This document shows positions 35,650 through 44,734 of a DNA stretch of 64,000 nucleotides, one piece after another (positions within the stretch are counted from its first letter, which is position 1; each line of letters opens with the position of its first letter). Position numbers and translations under genes: made by a program. This stretch comes from Candidatus Cryptobacteroides sp. (lineage in GTDB: Bacteria; Bacteroidota; Bacteroidia; Bacteroidales; UBA932), in contig JBGVQP010000043.1 in NCBI GenBank assembly GCA_045127685.1, forward strand, positions 242-64,241, in the 5' to 3' direction. The notes under the pieces were generated by a model. The model worked only from the letters and a program-made list of their open reading frames with translations, had not been told where the DNA came from and did no database searches.

Positions 35650-38600
35650 ATGTCATTCGTCCATCTTCATGTCCACACACAGTATTCCATCCTTGACGGT
35701 CAGGCATCAATCGCAAGCCTTTTCGAGCGTGCGAAAGAGCTTGAAATGCCTGCACTTGCCATCACCGACCATGGCAACATGTATGGTGTCAAGGAGTTTA
35801 TGAAGGTGGCCAAGAAGTACCCTGATATCAAGCCTATCATCGGTTGTGAGGTGTATGTGACAAGGCATTATGACCATAAGTTGAAGGACAAGGACCATAG
35901 GTCTTACTTCCACCTTATCCTGCTGGCAAAGGACTATACCGGATACAAGAACCTGATGAAGATTGTTTCTACGGGTCATATCGAGGGCAAGTACTATGAC
36001 AAGCCGAGGGTAAGCCATGAGATCATTGAGCAGCATGCGGAAGGACTCGTATGCTGCTCTGCATGTATCGCAGGGGAAATTCCGAGAGCTATCATCGCTG
36101 GTGATATGGAGGCTGCGGAAAAGGCCATCCAGTGGCACAAGAGGGTGTTCGGAGAGGATTTCTATCTGGAAGTGCAGCAGCACAAGACAGAGATTCCGGG
36201 CCAGTCACAGGAGGTTTACGAGAGACAGCTCATCTCCAACGAAGGAATATTCGAACTGGCAGAAAAGACCGGAACAAAGGTTGTGGCTACCAATGACGTG
36301 CATTTCACGCGCAAGGAGGACGGTCCGGCTCATGACCGCCTGATCTGCCTCACCACCAACGCCAACCTTGACGACCCTAACCGTCTGCGATATACCCAGC
36401 AGGAGTACCTCAAGAGCGAGGACGAAATGCTGGATATGTTCTACAAGCATCCTGAAACCATCAGCAACACGCTTGAGGTCGCAGAAAAAATCACATCATT
36501 CAAGATTGACAAGGACCCGATCCTTCCGAAGTTCGACCTTCCGGAAGAGTTCCTTGCAGACATTGACACACATCTTGAAAAATACAGGCACATCATCGAC
36601 GAAGGCCGCTGCGACAAGAGCGGAAACGAGCGAGGAGAGGAATTCTGCAAGTCTGTTGCATTCCTCTGCCATCTGACATTCAAGGGAGCTGATGAAAGAT
36701 ATGGCAACTCGCTATATGAACCATATAACGGTGGAGACTCCCCTGCTGAACGTATCGAGTTCGAGCTCAAGACTATCTGCAAGATGGGATTCCCCGACTA
36801 CTTCCTTATCGTGCAGGACTTCATCGCAGCAGCACGCAGTGAAGGCATTTCTGTTGGTCCCGGCCGTGGATCAGCAGCAGGATCGGCTGTTGCCTACTGC
36901 TTGAAGATTACCAACATAGACCCTATCAAATATGACCTGCTCTTTGAGCGATTCCTCAACCCTGACCGTATCAACATGCCCGATGTCGATATCGACTTTG
37001 ACGACGACGGCCGTTACCGAGTGTTCCAGTACATCGAGGAGAAATACGGCAAGGAGCAGATTTCCCATGTGATCACATACGGAACCATGGCTGCAAAATC
37101 TGCAATCAAGGACGTTGCACGCGTGAGCAACCTGCCTATTCCGGAGTCCAACAGGCTTACCAAGATGATTCCGGACAAGCCGATCATCCAGATGGAGGAC
37201 GCAGAAGATCCGTTCAATGAGGGAGATACACTTGAGGAAGGACAAAAACTCATCACGAAGGTAGTAGAAGAGGATGACCCTGAAAATCCTGGACAGAAAA
37301 TCAAGGTTGAGAAGAAGTTCAAGAAATATAAGAAGGAAGTTTCATATAAACCCAAGCTCAAGAACTGCTACAAACTCATTCCTGAGCTTAAGGAAGAGCT
37401 TGCAAACGGCACGGAACTGAACAAGGAAGTGCTGAACTATGCCGGCAAACTGGAAGGCTGTGTACGTCAGACAGGAGTTCATGCATGCGCAATGATCATC
37501 GGACGCAGCAACCTTACAGAATATATTCCGATCTGTGTCGCTAACGATAAGCTCACGGGCGAAGAAGTATGGGTATCGCAGTATGACGGACATTATATCG
37601 AAGAGGTAGGCATGCTCAAGATGGACTTCCTCGGTCTGCGTACCCTGTCCATCATCAAGGAATGCCAGGCTAACATCAAGAAGCGTTTCGGCATCGAATT
37701 CGACATAGAGAAGATTCCTATCGACGACCCTGAGACATACGCTCTCTACAGCCGTGGAGATACAACCAGCGTGTTCCAGTTCGAATCCGGAGGTATGAAG
37801 GAGTATCTTATAAAACTCCAGCCTACCCGTTTTGAGGACCTCATCGCCATGAACGCCCTTTATCGTCCGGGCCCTATGGACTACATTCCTGACTTTGTTG
37901 ACCGTAAGCAGGGTCGTAAGCCTATTGAATACGACCTTCCGGCAATGGAAGAAATATTGAAGGATACATACGGCATCACAGTATATCAGGAGCAGGTGAT
38001 GCTTTTGTCAAGAAAACTTGCAGACTTTACAAGAGGTGAGGCTGATACCCTGCGTAAAGCGATGGGAAAGAAGATGCTCGATCTTCTAAACTCATTGAAA
38101 GACAAGTTTATAGCAGGTGGAACAAAGAACGGACATCCTCAGGAAATCCTTGAGAGAATCTGGAAGGACTGGGTCAAGTTCGCATCATACGCCTTCAACA
38201 AGTCCCATGCTACATGTTATGCATGGGTAAGTTACCAGACAGGTTATCTCAAAGCCCACTACCCGGCAGAGTTCCAGGCAGCCAACCTGACCAAGAATCT
38301 CTCCAACATGGATGAGATCAAGAAGATCATGGATGACTGCAAGAAGAACGGCATCAAGGTCCTCAACCCTGATATAAACGAGTCAGAATCGAAGTTTACC
38401 GTCAACAAAAACGGAGAAATACGCTTCGGACTCGGCGGTATCAAGGGATTCGGAGAAAATATCGTCAAGGCTATACTTGCAGACAGGGAAGAAAACGGGC
38501 CGTATGCAGACATCTATGACTTCGTCGAGAGAATGTCCGGAACAGTCAACAGAAAGGCATTCGAGTCACTTCTGCATTCGGGTGCATTCGATAGTTTCGG

Positions 38601-39471
38601 CATCCAGAGGAAGCAGTTCATGACACCTTGCAAAGGCGGCGATACATTTATTGATGCCATCCTTAAATATGGTGAACTCTATAAGAAGGACACGATGGAC
38701 AGCGCCGTTTCCCTTTTCGGAGAAGCAGAGGAACTTAAGCCGGAAAGACCGGAAATTCCGCCGATGATCGGTGAGGAAGACCTTCTGGCAAAACTCCATC
38801 TTGAAAAGGAACTGGTCGGAATGTATCTTTCGTCGCACCCCCTGGACCAGTATAGGTTTGAAATGGATAATTTCGCTTCACACCAATTAACTGAAATCGA
38901 TGGGCTAGTTGCAGAGTGCCAGGAAGCCAAAAGCAAGAAGAAGGTTTCTGTCGCAGGATTTGTGATATCCAGTCAGACAATGTTGGGCAAGAGTGGAAAA
39001 CCTTGGTCTAAAACCGTCATAGAAGACTTCAGCGGCAGTTATGAACTTGCGTTCTTCGGCAAGGACCACGAAGCATATATGAATTATATGCAGCTGAACA
39101 ACGCCTTGTACATTGAAGCAGAAATCGATGAAAAATACTATATAAAGCCGGAAGAAAGAGCAAAAGGAAAGACATCTGACTATGCTTTCAAGGTGAAGAA
39201 GATCATGCTGCTTGGCAACGTGACGGAAACATATCTGAAGGGATTCTCAATCAGCATCACCACAACGATGCTCTCCCCTGATTTCAGGAAGAAACTGGTG
39301 GAACTACTGAAGGAACATAAGGGAAAGATTCCTTTGACGATGTACCTTTATGACCCTGAAAAGGGCTGGAACATAGAATTCCTGGCAAGAAAATTCACGG
39401 TGGCTGTAACAGACCAACTTATAAGCGACCTGCACAAGATGGGAATAATGTATAATGTCATTAAAAAGTAA
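35650..39471 (+). CDS. dnaE: DNA polymerase III alpha subunit
   Basis: 1273 aa. PHP domain start FVHLHVHTQYSILDG. Palm and fingers motifs (MPDVDIDF, GLLKMDFLGL, FQFES, RPGPM). C-terminal OB fold. Confidence 0.97.
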   Translation: MSFVHLHVHTQYSILDGQASIASLFERAKELEMPALAITDHGNMYGVKEFMKVAKKYPDIKPIIGCEVYVTRHYDHKLKDKDHRSYFHLILLAKDYTGYKNLMKIVSTGHIEGKYYDKPRVSHEIIEQHAEGLVCCSACIAGEIPRAIIAGDMEAAEKAIQWHKRVFGEDFYLEVQQHKTEIPGQSQEVYERQLISNEGIFELAEKTGTKVVATNDVHFTRKEDGPAHDRLICLTTNANLDDPNRLRYTQQEYLKSEDEMLDMFYKHPETISNTLEVAEKITSFKIDKDPILPKFDLPEEFLADIDTHLEKYRHIIDEGRCDKSGNERGEEFCKSVAFLCHLTFKGADERYGNSLYEPYNGGDSPAERIEFELKTICKMGFPDYFLIVQDFIAAARSEGISVGPGRGSAAGSAVAYCLKITNIDPIKYDLLFERFLNPDRINMPDVDIDFDDDGRYRVFQYIEEKYGKEQISHVITYGTMAAKSAIKDVARVSNLPIPESNRLTKMIPDKPIIQMEDAEDPFNEGDTLEEGQKLITKVVEEDDPENPGQKIKVEKKFKKYKKEVSYKPKLKNCYKLIPELKEELANGTELNKEVLNYAGKLEGCVRQTGVHACAMIIGRSNLTEYIPICVANDKLTGEEVWVSQYDGHYIEEVGMLKMDFLGLRTLSIIKECQANIKKRFGIEFDIEKIPIDDPETYALYSRGDTTSVFQFESGGMKEYLIKLQPTRFEDLIAMNALYRPGPMDYIPDFVDRKQGRKPIEYDLPAMEEILKDTYGITVYQEQVMLLSRKLADFTRGEADTLRKAMGKKMLDLLNSLKDKFIAGGTKNGHPQEILERIWKDWVKFASYAFNKSHATCYAWVSYQTGYLKAHYPAEFQAANLTKNLSNMDEIKKIMDDCKKNGIKVLNPDINESESKFTVNKNGEIRFGLGGIKGFGENIVKAILADREENGPYADIYDFVERMSGTVNRKAFESLLHSGAFDSFGIQRKQFMTPCKGGDTFIDAILKYGELYKKDTMDSAVSLFGEAEELKPERPEIPPMIGEEDLLAKLHLEKELVGMYLSSHPLDQYRFEMDNFASHQLTEIDGLVAECQEAKSKKKVSVAGFVISSQTMLGKSGKPWSKTVIEDFSGSYELAFFGKDHEAYMNYMQLNNALYIEAEIDEKYYIKPEERAKGKTSDYAFKVKKIMLLGNVTETYLKGFSISITTTMLSPDFRKKLVELLKEHKGKIPLTMYLYDPEKGWNIEFLARKFTVAVTDQLISDLHKMGIMYNVIKK

Positions 39472-39478
39472 AAACACT

Positions 39479-40483
39479 ATGGCAGAAGAGACTTTTTCAG
39501 ACCTCGGAAGAGTAGAGGCAATAGCAAAACTCTACGAAAACACACCTTACAAGCCTTTTGAGGGAAGCCGTTTTGAAACGGAAGGTAAATCGGTTGTAAG
39601 CACCAGGTCACGTACATTCATAGAAGGCATAGACTTCGATCTTACATATTTTCCCCTAAAACATCTCGGATACAAGTGTGTAACGGCTGTAACCGGTGAA
39701 GTGTATGCGGATTTTGCACACCCCCGCACCATGGACATCCGCCTGGGCATATCCGCCAAACTTGACTTTGCACAGATAAAGGAGGTATGGGAAGGCACAG
39801 TAGCAGCCGCGAGAGAACACGGATACAAGAAAGTAAATCTTGACCTTATTCCTTCGCCAAACGGTCTTACCGTAAGTGTATCTGCTGCCGGAGAAACATC
39901 ACTTCTGACATCAAAGCGCCGTCCTGCTGCGAAAAGCATGGACCTTATCTGCATCTCAGACAATATAGGAGCCGCATATCTGGGTTTTCAGGTATTGGAA
40001 CGAGAGAGAAGAGCCTTCGAGAAGAGCGGCGACGCAAAAGCACAGCCTAAACTTGAAGATTACAAAGGCCAGATCGGAGCTTATCTGAAGCCGCAGATCA
40101 ACCCTGGCATCATCACACAGATGGAAGATGCAGAAATCATCCCGTCATACGGATATCTGGTTACACGCGGACTGGCAGATGCCATCAAACGCCTTGTGCG
40201 TGACAGCGGACTTGGAGCAAAAATTTACGTGGATCGACTGCCATTTGCAGGCAAGACCTTCGATTTGGGCAAAGAACTCGATATAGACCCACTTTCTGCG
40301 GCCCTGAACGGCGGAGAGGACTATCGCCTGCTCTTTACCATTCCGATTGGAAAACACGACAAATTCCGCCACGATTTCCAGACATTCGACATCATCGGCC
40401 ATCTGGCCAAACCGGAAGTCGGAGCAGCGCTCGTCACCCCTGATGGAGTTGAACTACCGATGAAGGCGCAAGGTTGGAAATAG
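39479..40483 (+). CDS. thiamine-monophosphate kinase-like / AIR-synthase-related protein
   Basis: ORF trimmed to the ATG at 39479. FIEGIDFDLTYFPLKHLGYKCVTAVTGEVYA resembles the ThiL/PurM-fold N-domain motif, and GGEDYRLLFTI is the typical C-domain motif. Confidence 0.6.
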   Translation: MAEETFSDLGRVEAIAKLYENTPYKPFEGSRFETEGKSVVSTRSRTFIEGIDFDLTYFPLKHLGYKCVTAVTGEVYADFAHPRTMDIRLGISAKLDFAQIKEVWEGTVAAAREHGYKKVNLDLIPSPNGLTVSVSAAGETSLLTSKRRPAAKSMDLICISDNIGAAYLGFQVLERERRAFEKSGDAKAQPKLEDYKGQIGAYLKPQINPGIITQMEDAEIIPSYGYLVTRGLADAIKRLVRDSGLGAKIYVDRLPFAGKTFDLGKELDIDPLSAALNGGEDYRLLFTIPIGKHDKFRHDFQTFDIIGHLAKPEVGAALVTPDGVELPMKAQGWK

Positions 40484-40503
40484 CAGTTCCATCAAAAAAT
40501 ATA

Positions 40504-40706
40504 GGGAGTGATATACAAGTTTACACCAAATGACCGCTTGGTACTAAATTAGCCAAAAGTCGGATAAGCGGTCATCAAAAATGGCATATTTGTAATAATT
40601 TCAGTACACCTTGTCCGAGTTTTGGGCAAAAGTAGCACAAGCGGTAACAATAAGTTTGCGGTATGTGTCCTTTTGTCCCTTTAGTGTAAACACATATATC
40701 GCTTCC
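40504..40706. other. ~200-bp structured element bounded by imperfect 23-nt inverted repeats (MITE-like or small RNA candidate)
   Basis: gggagtgatatacaagtttacac (40504..40526) pairs with gtgtaaacacatatatcgcttcc (40684..40706), 18/23 complementary. Internal hairpins are aatgaccgctt/aagcggtcat (40529..40575) and gggcaaaag/cttttgtccc (40623..40679). Confidence 0.4.
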
Positions 40707-40819
40707 AAAATATATTGAACAGCGAATTAGAGGTAAAGTCTGGTAAGGATTATACGAAGCGTAGTGCTTTGAATAACTTCATGGAGCGTTTGATATGAGT
40801 CGGGCGATTCAATAATACA

Positions 40820-43147
40820 TTACAGTATTCGTATTTCATCCAGCACCACGCCCTCGTCAAGGGCATTTACGGTCAGAATGTGGGTTTTGGAGGATGAGAG
40901 CGGCAGACTTACACGGCGGATGGCCTGGTTGCAGAGAACATTAAGCTTCCACTCCTCGCTGGCTCCGGCGGTCGCATAATCAATAAGAACCGGTTCGCCG
41001 CCGTCGAGTGAGACCTCGACACGAAGAGAATTTCCAATGACCGGATGTACGGGAAGAAAACGCAGATCAACCTCGACACGACGAGGCGAGGCGCTGTCAG
41101 CCTTATCTGAAAGTCTGTCCGAAGTTCCGGCCTTGCAGCCGTCAGAATACTTGAATCTATAGGTAACAGCGTTCCCTGCCGGAATCATCGCTGATTTCTC
41201 CGAATATCCGAGGCCGTCATATATCATAGCCTTTCCGTAGCAATCACCGCCTTTTAAAACAGCGATATAGTCAATATCCTCGACCATAGGTTTGTCTGCA
41301 ACGGTCCGTTTCACCGGCTCGAACACCTTGCGTCGGCGTGGCTGATAATCCATCATGCCGTTCCATTTGCCGTTATTGCGGATGCCCTTGTTATATATGG
41401 CAGTAAGTGCCTTGATGCTGTCGAGAGCGGCATCCGACTCCTCCCATGAAGCAAGCCCATGACGCGCCTTCTGGGCTGTAAGCAACTTGAGATTCATCTG
41501 ATATGCACCCTGAACCGGATATTTGACCAGATGGTAGAAGGCATCATCAAGAGCAGCTCCCGGCTTATAAGCCTCGCACCAGTCAGAAAGCGACTTATAT
41601 TCAGCCAGACGCTTATCTATACAGGAAAGGCTCCAAGGCAGATCCTTCACGACCCAGTGGATGCGGTTCTTTTCATAATCACGTGTGTTGCCCATGTGCT
41701 CGGGCTTGCGGATGAACGCCAGACGGTAGTGTTCATGCAGGACAGAAGCGATGTCCAAAGCCTTCTCCTGGCCGAAATTTCTTGCAGCGAAGTCTTCAAT
41801 ATGAGCCCTGACGCCCTGCTTCCTGACCTTGGATATGTCCCATGCCATATCCATGAAGAGCTCTATCTGATACTCTGCAGGCTTAAGGTCTCCGACATTC
41901 AGTATCCACATCTTGCGGATATTCTTTTCATAAGCAAGGGACATCTGCTGATAAAGCAGGTACGGGCTTGCTGTACCGAGCCACAGATAGTCATGAGGTC
42001 GACCCCAATACGACACGTGGTAGTATATGCCATTGCCGCCTTTGCGTGAAGCCTCTGCCTCCGTCGGAAAATGACGGATATATCCGTAATTGTCGTCGCA
42101 CCACATGAGTGTCACATCCTCAGGAACCTCAAGACCGGTGTTATATACATCCAATACCTCCTTGTAAGGAATAAAGACCTGGGGCACCTGGAGCAGATCA
42201 CGATGGCTTGCAATCATCTCCCTCTGGGTCCTGAGTACGTCCGCAAGCACTGCCTTCTGCTGCTCAGGCGTATCCGCTCCATTCATTTTACCATCATGCA
42301 GACCTCTCATTCCAAGTGTATATATCACAGGCTGCTCAGCGGTTTCCTTAACTCTCTGCTCCCAGAAACGGCGGACCTCCTGCTGATTGGTCAGCCAGTT
42401 GTACTCACCGCTTGCTCGGCGTGGCCACTCGATAGGAGTACTGCACAGAAGCGGCTCACAATGGGACGTTCCCACATATATTCCATACTTCTGAGCCACT
42501 TCCCTGTTGCCGGGAGTCATAAAGAACGGATAAGTCACCTCGTGCATCGCAGGCCAGAAAGCATTCGCACGAAGCCTCAACAGAAGTTCAAAGATCTTTT
42601 CATGAGTCTTCGGTCCTATCTGCCCCTTGACATCGGTCGGCTCATAATTCTTGCCGCTCCAAGGCATCATGCCCCAGTCCTCATCATTGATGAATATGCC
42701 ACGGTATTCCACAGAAGGGCTCTGCTCCGTGCGGAACCCTGACGGAAGGCGGAAAGATTCAAGTTTGGAAGGAGTGACATCCGCCCACCATTCCCAAGGT
42801 GACACGCCCATAAGACGTGACACCTCAAGAATGCCGTAAGCAGTGCCATGAGGGTCCGAACCCTCGATTATAAGTTTTCCGGAAGAGACCTTGATTGAGA
42901 AGCCCTCACGAGGTCCCTGTCCGACAGTCCTTATCACAATATCCGCCTGGGTGGCATCGCATATCTGCACAGGAGCATCAAGGACATTCATAAAGTCCTT
43001 TTTGAGAATATCCAATGCCGTTCCGACCACCAGAGGAGTCTCCTGAACTGAAACTCTGACGGTCTGACCTTTGGAGATCTTCCACGGTGCGGCGTATGCC
43101 GAAGTTGCCAACAGAACAGCAAGTATTGCGATAAGATGTTTTTTCAT
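40820..43147 (-). CDS. glycoside hydrolase family 115 (alpha-glucuronidase)-like
   Basis: 775 aa with a signal peptide. Conserved GH115-type block YRGIFINDEDWGMMPW and the downstream FWPAMH / GTSHCEP regions. Confidence 0.75.
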   Translation of the reverse strand: MKKHLIAILAVLLATSAYAAPWKISKGQTVRVSVQETPLVVGTALDILKKDFMNVLDAPVQICDATQADIVIRTVGQGPREGFSIKVSSGKLIIEGSDPHGTAYGILEVSRLMGVSPWEWWADVTPSKLESFRLPSGFRTEQSPSVEYRGIFINDEDWGMMPWSGKNYEPTDVKGQIGPKTHEKIFELLLRLRANAFWPAMHEVTYPFFMTPGNREVAQKYGIYVGTSHCEPLLCSTPIEWPRRASGEYNWLTNQQEVRRFWEQRVKETAEQPVIYTLGMRGLHDGKMNGADTPEQQKAVLADVLRTQREMIASHRDLLQVPQVFIPYKEVLDVYNTGLEVPEDVTLMWCDDNYGYIRHFPTEAEASRKGGNGIYYHVSYWGRPHDYLWLGTASPYLLYQQMSLAYEKNIRKMWILNVGDLKPAEYQIELFMDMAWDISKVRKQGVRAHIEDFAARNFGQEKALDIASVLHEHYRLAFIRKPEHMGNTRDYEKNRIHWVVKDLPWSLSCIDKRLAEYKSLSDWCEAYKPGAALDDAFYHLVKYPVQGAYQMNLKLLTAQKARHGLASWEESDAALDSIKALTAIYNKGIRNNGKWNGMMDYQPRRRKVFEPVKRTVADKPMVEDIDYIAVLKGGDCYGKAMIYDGLGYSEKSAMIPAGNAVTYRFKYSDGCKAGTSDRLSDKADSASPRRVEVDLRFLPVHPVIGNSLRVEVSLDGGEPVLIDYATAGASEEWKLNVLCNQAIRRVSLPLSSSKTHILTVNALDEGVVLDEIRIL

Positions 43148-43157
43148 TTAAATCAGT

Positions 43158-44540
43158 TTAGTTTGCAGCCTGACGTACGCAGCGGAGGATATAGAAATTT
43201 GAGTTGTATTTAAACGTTCTGCTAATTGATACGGAGCTTGTGGATACCGACAGTTCTCCCGAAGATCTTACAACCTTCATTAACCATACTTGATCTGCCT
43301 GACGCAACTCATTAGAAAGAACATATACTGTAGGATAAGTACGTGTAGCTCCCCATATATCTCCATTGCTCCTCTCACCTGTTCTCATGTGCCAATAAAT
43401 ATAGTCATCTCCCGGATTATTTGACGCCGTCTTGTCAAGTGTAAATGCTCCATTTTCAGGATCAACAAGATAATCCAATTGTGCTTTGGTCGGAAGTGAC
43501 CATCCTTCAGGACAAGGGTTCTTGAACTGATCGTTTTCACGACAATAAGTATTATATGTAAGTTGTTGATGTTCAGTATTTGTAAACGGATCCAAAACAA
43601 GCTCACCTGCCACATCAATTCCGCCTACAAGCGGGAAATAATATCCGCCAGGTGCCGATGCATCTATCACCGAGCCGCGTGGAGGAAGAGGTTTATATTC
43701 TGAATCAGGAATCAATGTTGTCTGGTCAGGATATCTTGTAATATATCCCATCTCTATTCTTGACGAACGAACCAGTGTGAATGGTTGTGTCGTTCTTGTA
43801 TGATATACATTTGTTGACAGATAAATAGTTACAGTCAAACCTTTTGAAAAGGTTACAGGAAGAACTGGAATAAAGTAATCCTGATTTGAAGTAAGAGTAC
43901 CGTTTACTGTTACTGATGTCGAGCCTTTTCCTGGAGTTACGGTAATATCCGCAGGATTTGCACAGTCCACGATAACCTCTCCTGCAAGGTATTCTCCACC
44001 TGCCGCTTCAAAGACCACCTTTGTAACATTGCTTCTGTTTACTCTGAATCTGATAAGGGCACCAATGTTCTTAAATGTGAAATCTGAAGAATTGGTTGCA
44101 GCCACAGAAGCATTGTAAGGGAATGTTCCATAATTCGGAGTAACCACCGACGGAGTTGTGAATGTAACCTTGCTACCATTCCACACAGCATTTGCATCCG
44201 ATGGATAATGTGCATAATAGGTATTTCCTGCAGGAAGTTCCAAAGACGCCTCTACAGGAGAAAGTGTAGTTGTAAGTCCCTCTGAGGCCGCCTTAAATAG
44301 ATACGACTGTGATCCGTCAGAAATGGTTACAGGATCTTCTGCAACCCATGATACAGACCAGTCCTTTGTATTCAAAACTGTCTTTGTTTCTTCAGTCGCC
44401 TCTTCCGCAGGTTCTTGAACTTCAAATCCTGCTGTAAAATAAGAGAACGTCTCTCCGGTCACCACCGGTGTAGTTTCCTTTTCGTTCATACATGAAACTA
44501 CCATCAGCAACGCTGACATTGAAATTATAATCTTTTTCAT
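43158..44540 (-). CDS. PUL surface lipoprotein: shared N-terminal module plus FISUMP-like C-terminal module
   Basis: ORF trimmed to the ATG at 44540. Lipobox VVSC followed by acidic MNEKE. The N-module is homologous to 44735..47413. The C-module (CPEGWSLPTKAQLDYL ... LRCVRQ) is homologous to 52314..53510 and resembles the Fibrobacter succinogenes major paralogous domain. Confidence 0.7.
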   Translation of the reverse strand: MKKIIISMSALLMVVSCMNEKETTPVVTGETFSYFTAGFEVQEPAEEATEETKTVLNTKDWSVSWVAEDPVTISDGSQSYLFKAASEGLTTTLSPVEASLELPAGNTYYAHYPSDANAVWNGSKVTFTTPSVVTPNYGTFPYNASVAATNSSDFTFKNIGALIRFRVNRSNVTKVVFEAAGGEYLAGEVIVDCANPADITVTPGKGSTSVTVNGTLTSNQDYFIPVLPVTFSKGLTVTIYLSTNVYHTRTTQPFTLVRSSRIEMGYITRYPDQTTLIPDSEYKPLPPRGSVIDASAPGGYYFPLVGGIDVAGELVLDPFTNTEHQQLTYNTYCRENDQFKNPCPEGWSLPTKAQLDYLVDPENGAFTLDKTASNNPGDDYIYWHMRTGERSNGDIWGATRTYPTVYVLSNELRQADQVWLMKVVRSSGELSVSTSSVSISRTFKYNSNFYILRCVRQAAN

Positions 44541-44734
44541 AGCTTTTCGTTTTACCAAGAGAATGTACTTTTCTGTCCGAATCCTTCGTGTTGATAGATG
44601 ATTTCATCCATTTCACCACTGTCTCCGCTTGTGCAGAGTAAACCTTCCTGCTCAATGCAGAATAGGTGCAGCTCTGGAGACTCATAGTCTCGTTTTTCAA
44701 ATTTTGTCATAATGTCATTATTTTATGGTTTGTA

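Noticed and set aside
35246-35803. 185-aa plus-strand ORF running from the hairpin array into the start of dnaE
   Set aside because: Its first third is repeat-derived pseudo-peptide. It crosses the predicted dnaE promoter and overlaps dnaE out of frame. The dnaE ATG at 35650 gives the canonical PHP-domain start.
43158-43670. Diversity-generating retroelement (DGR) target hypothesis for the FISUMP/C-type-lectin-like C-terminal modules (also 52314..52830)
   Set aside because: There is no reverse transcriptase gene in the window. The two C-module coding regions are not near-identical at the nucleotide level, so there is no template/variable-repeat pair. They look like ordinary diverged paralogs.
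44422-44700. 92-aa minus-strand ORF in the 176-bp gap between the two PUL lipoprotein genes, overlapping the start of 43158..44540 out of frame
   Set aside because: It has no signal peptide and no recognisable motif, and it overlaps a well-supported lipoprotein start. The gap more likely holds an internal promoter or processing site, but I could not identify a clear -7 box or hairpin there.
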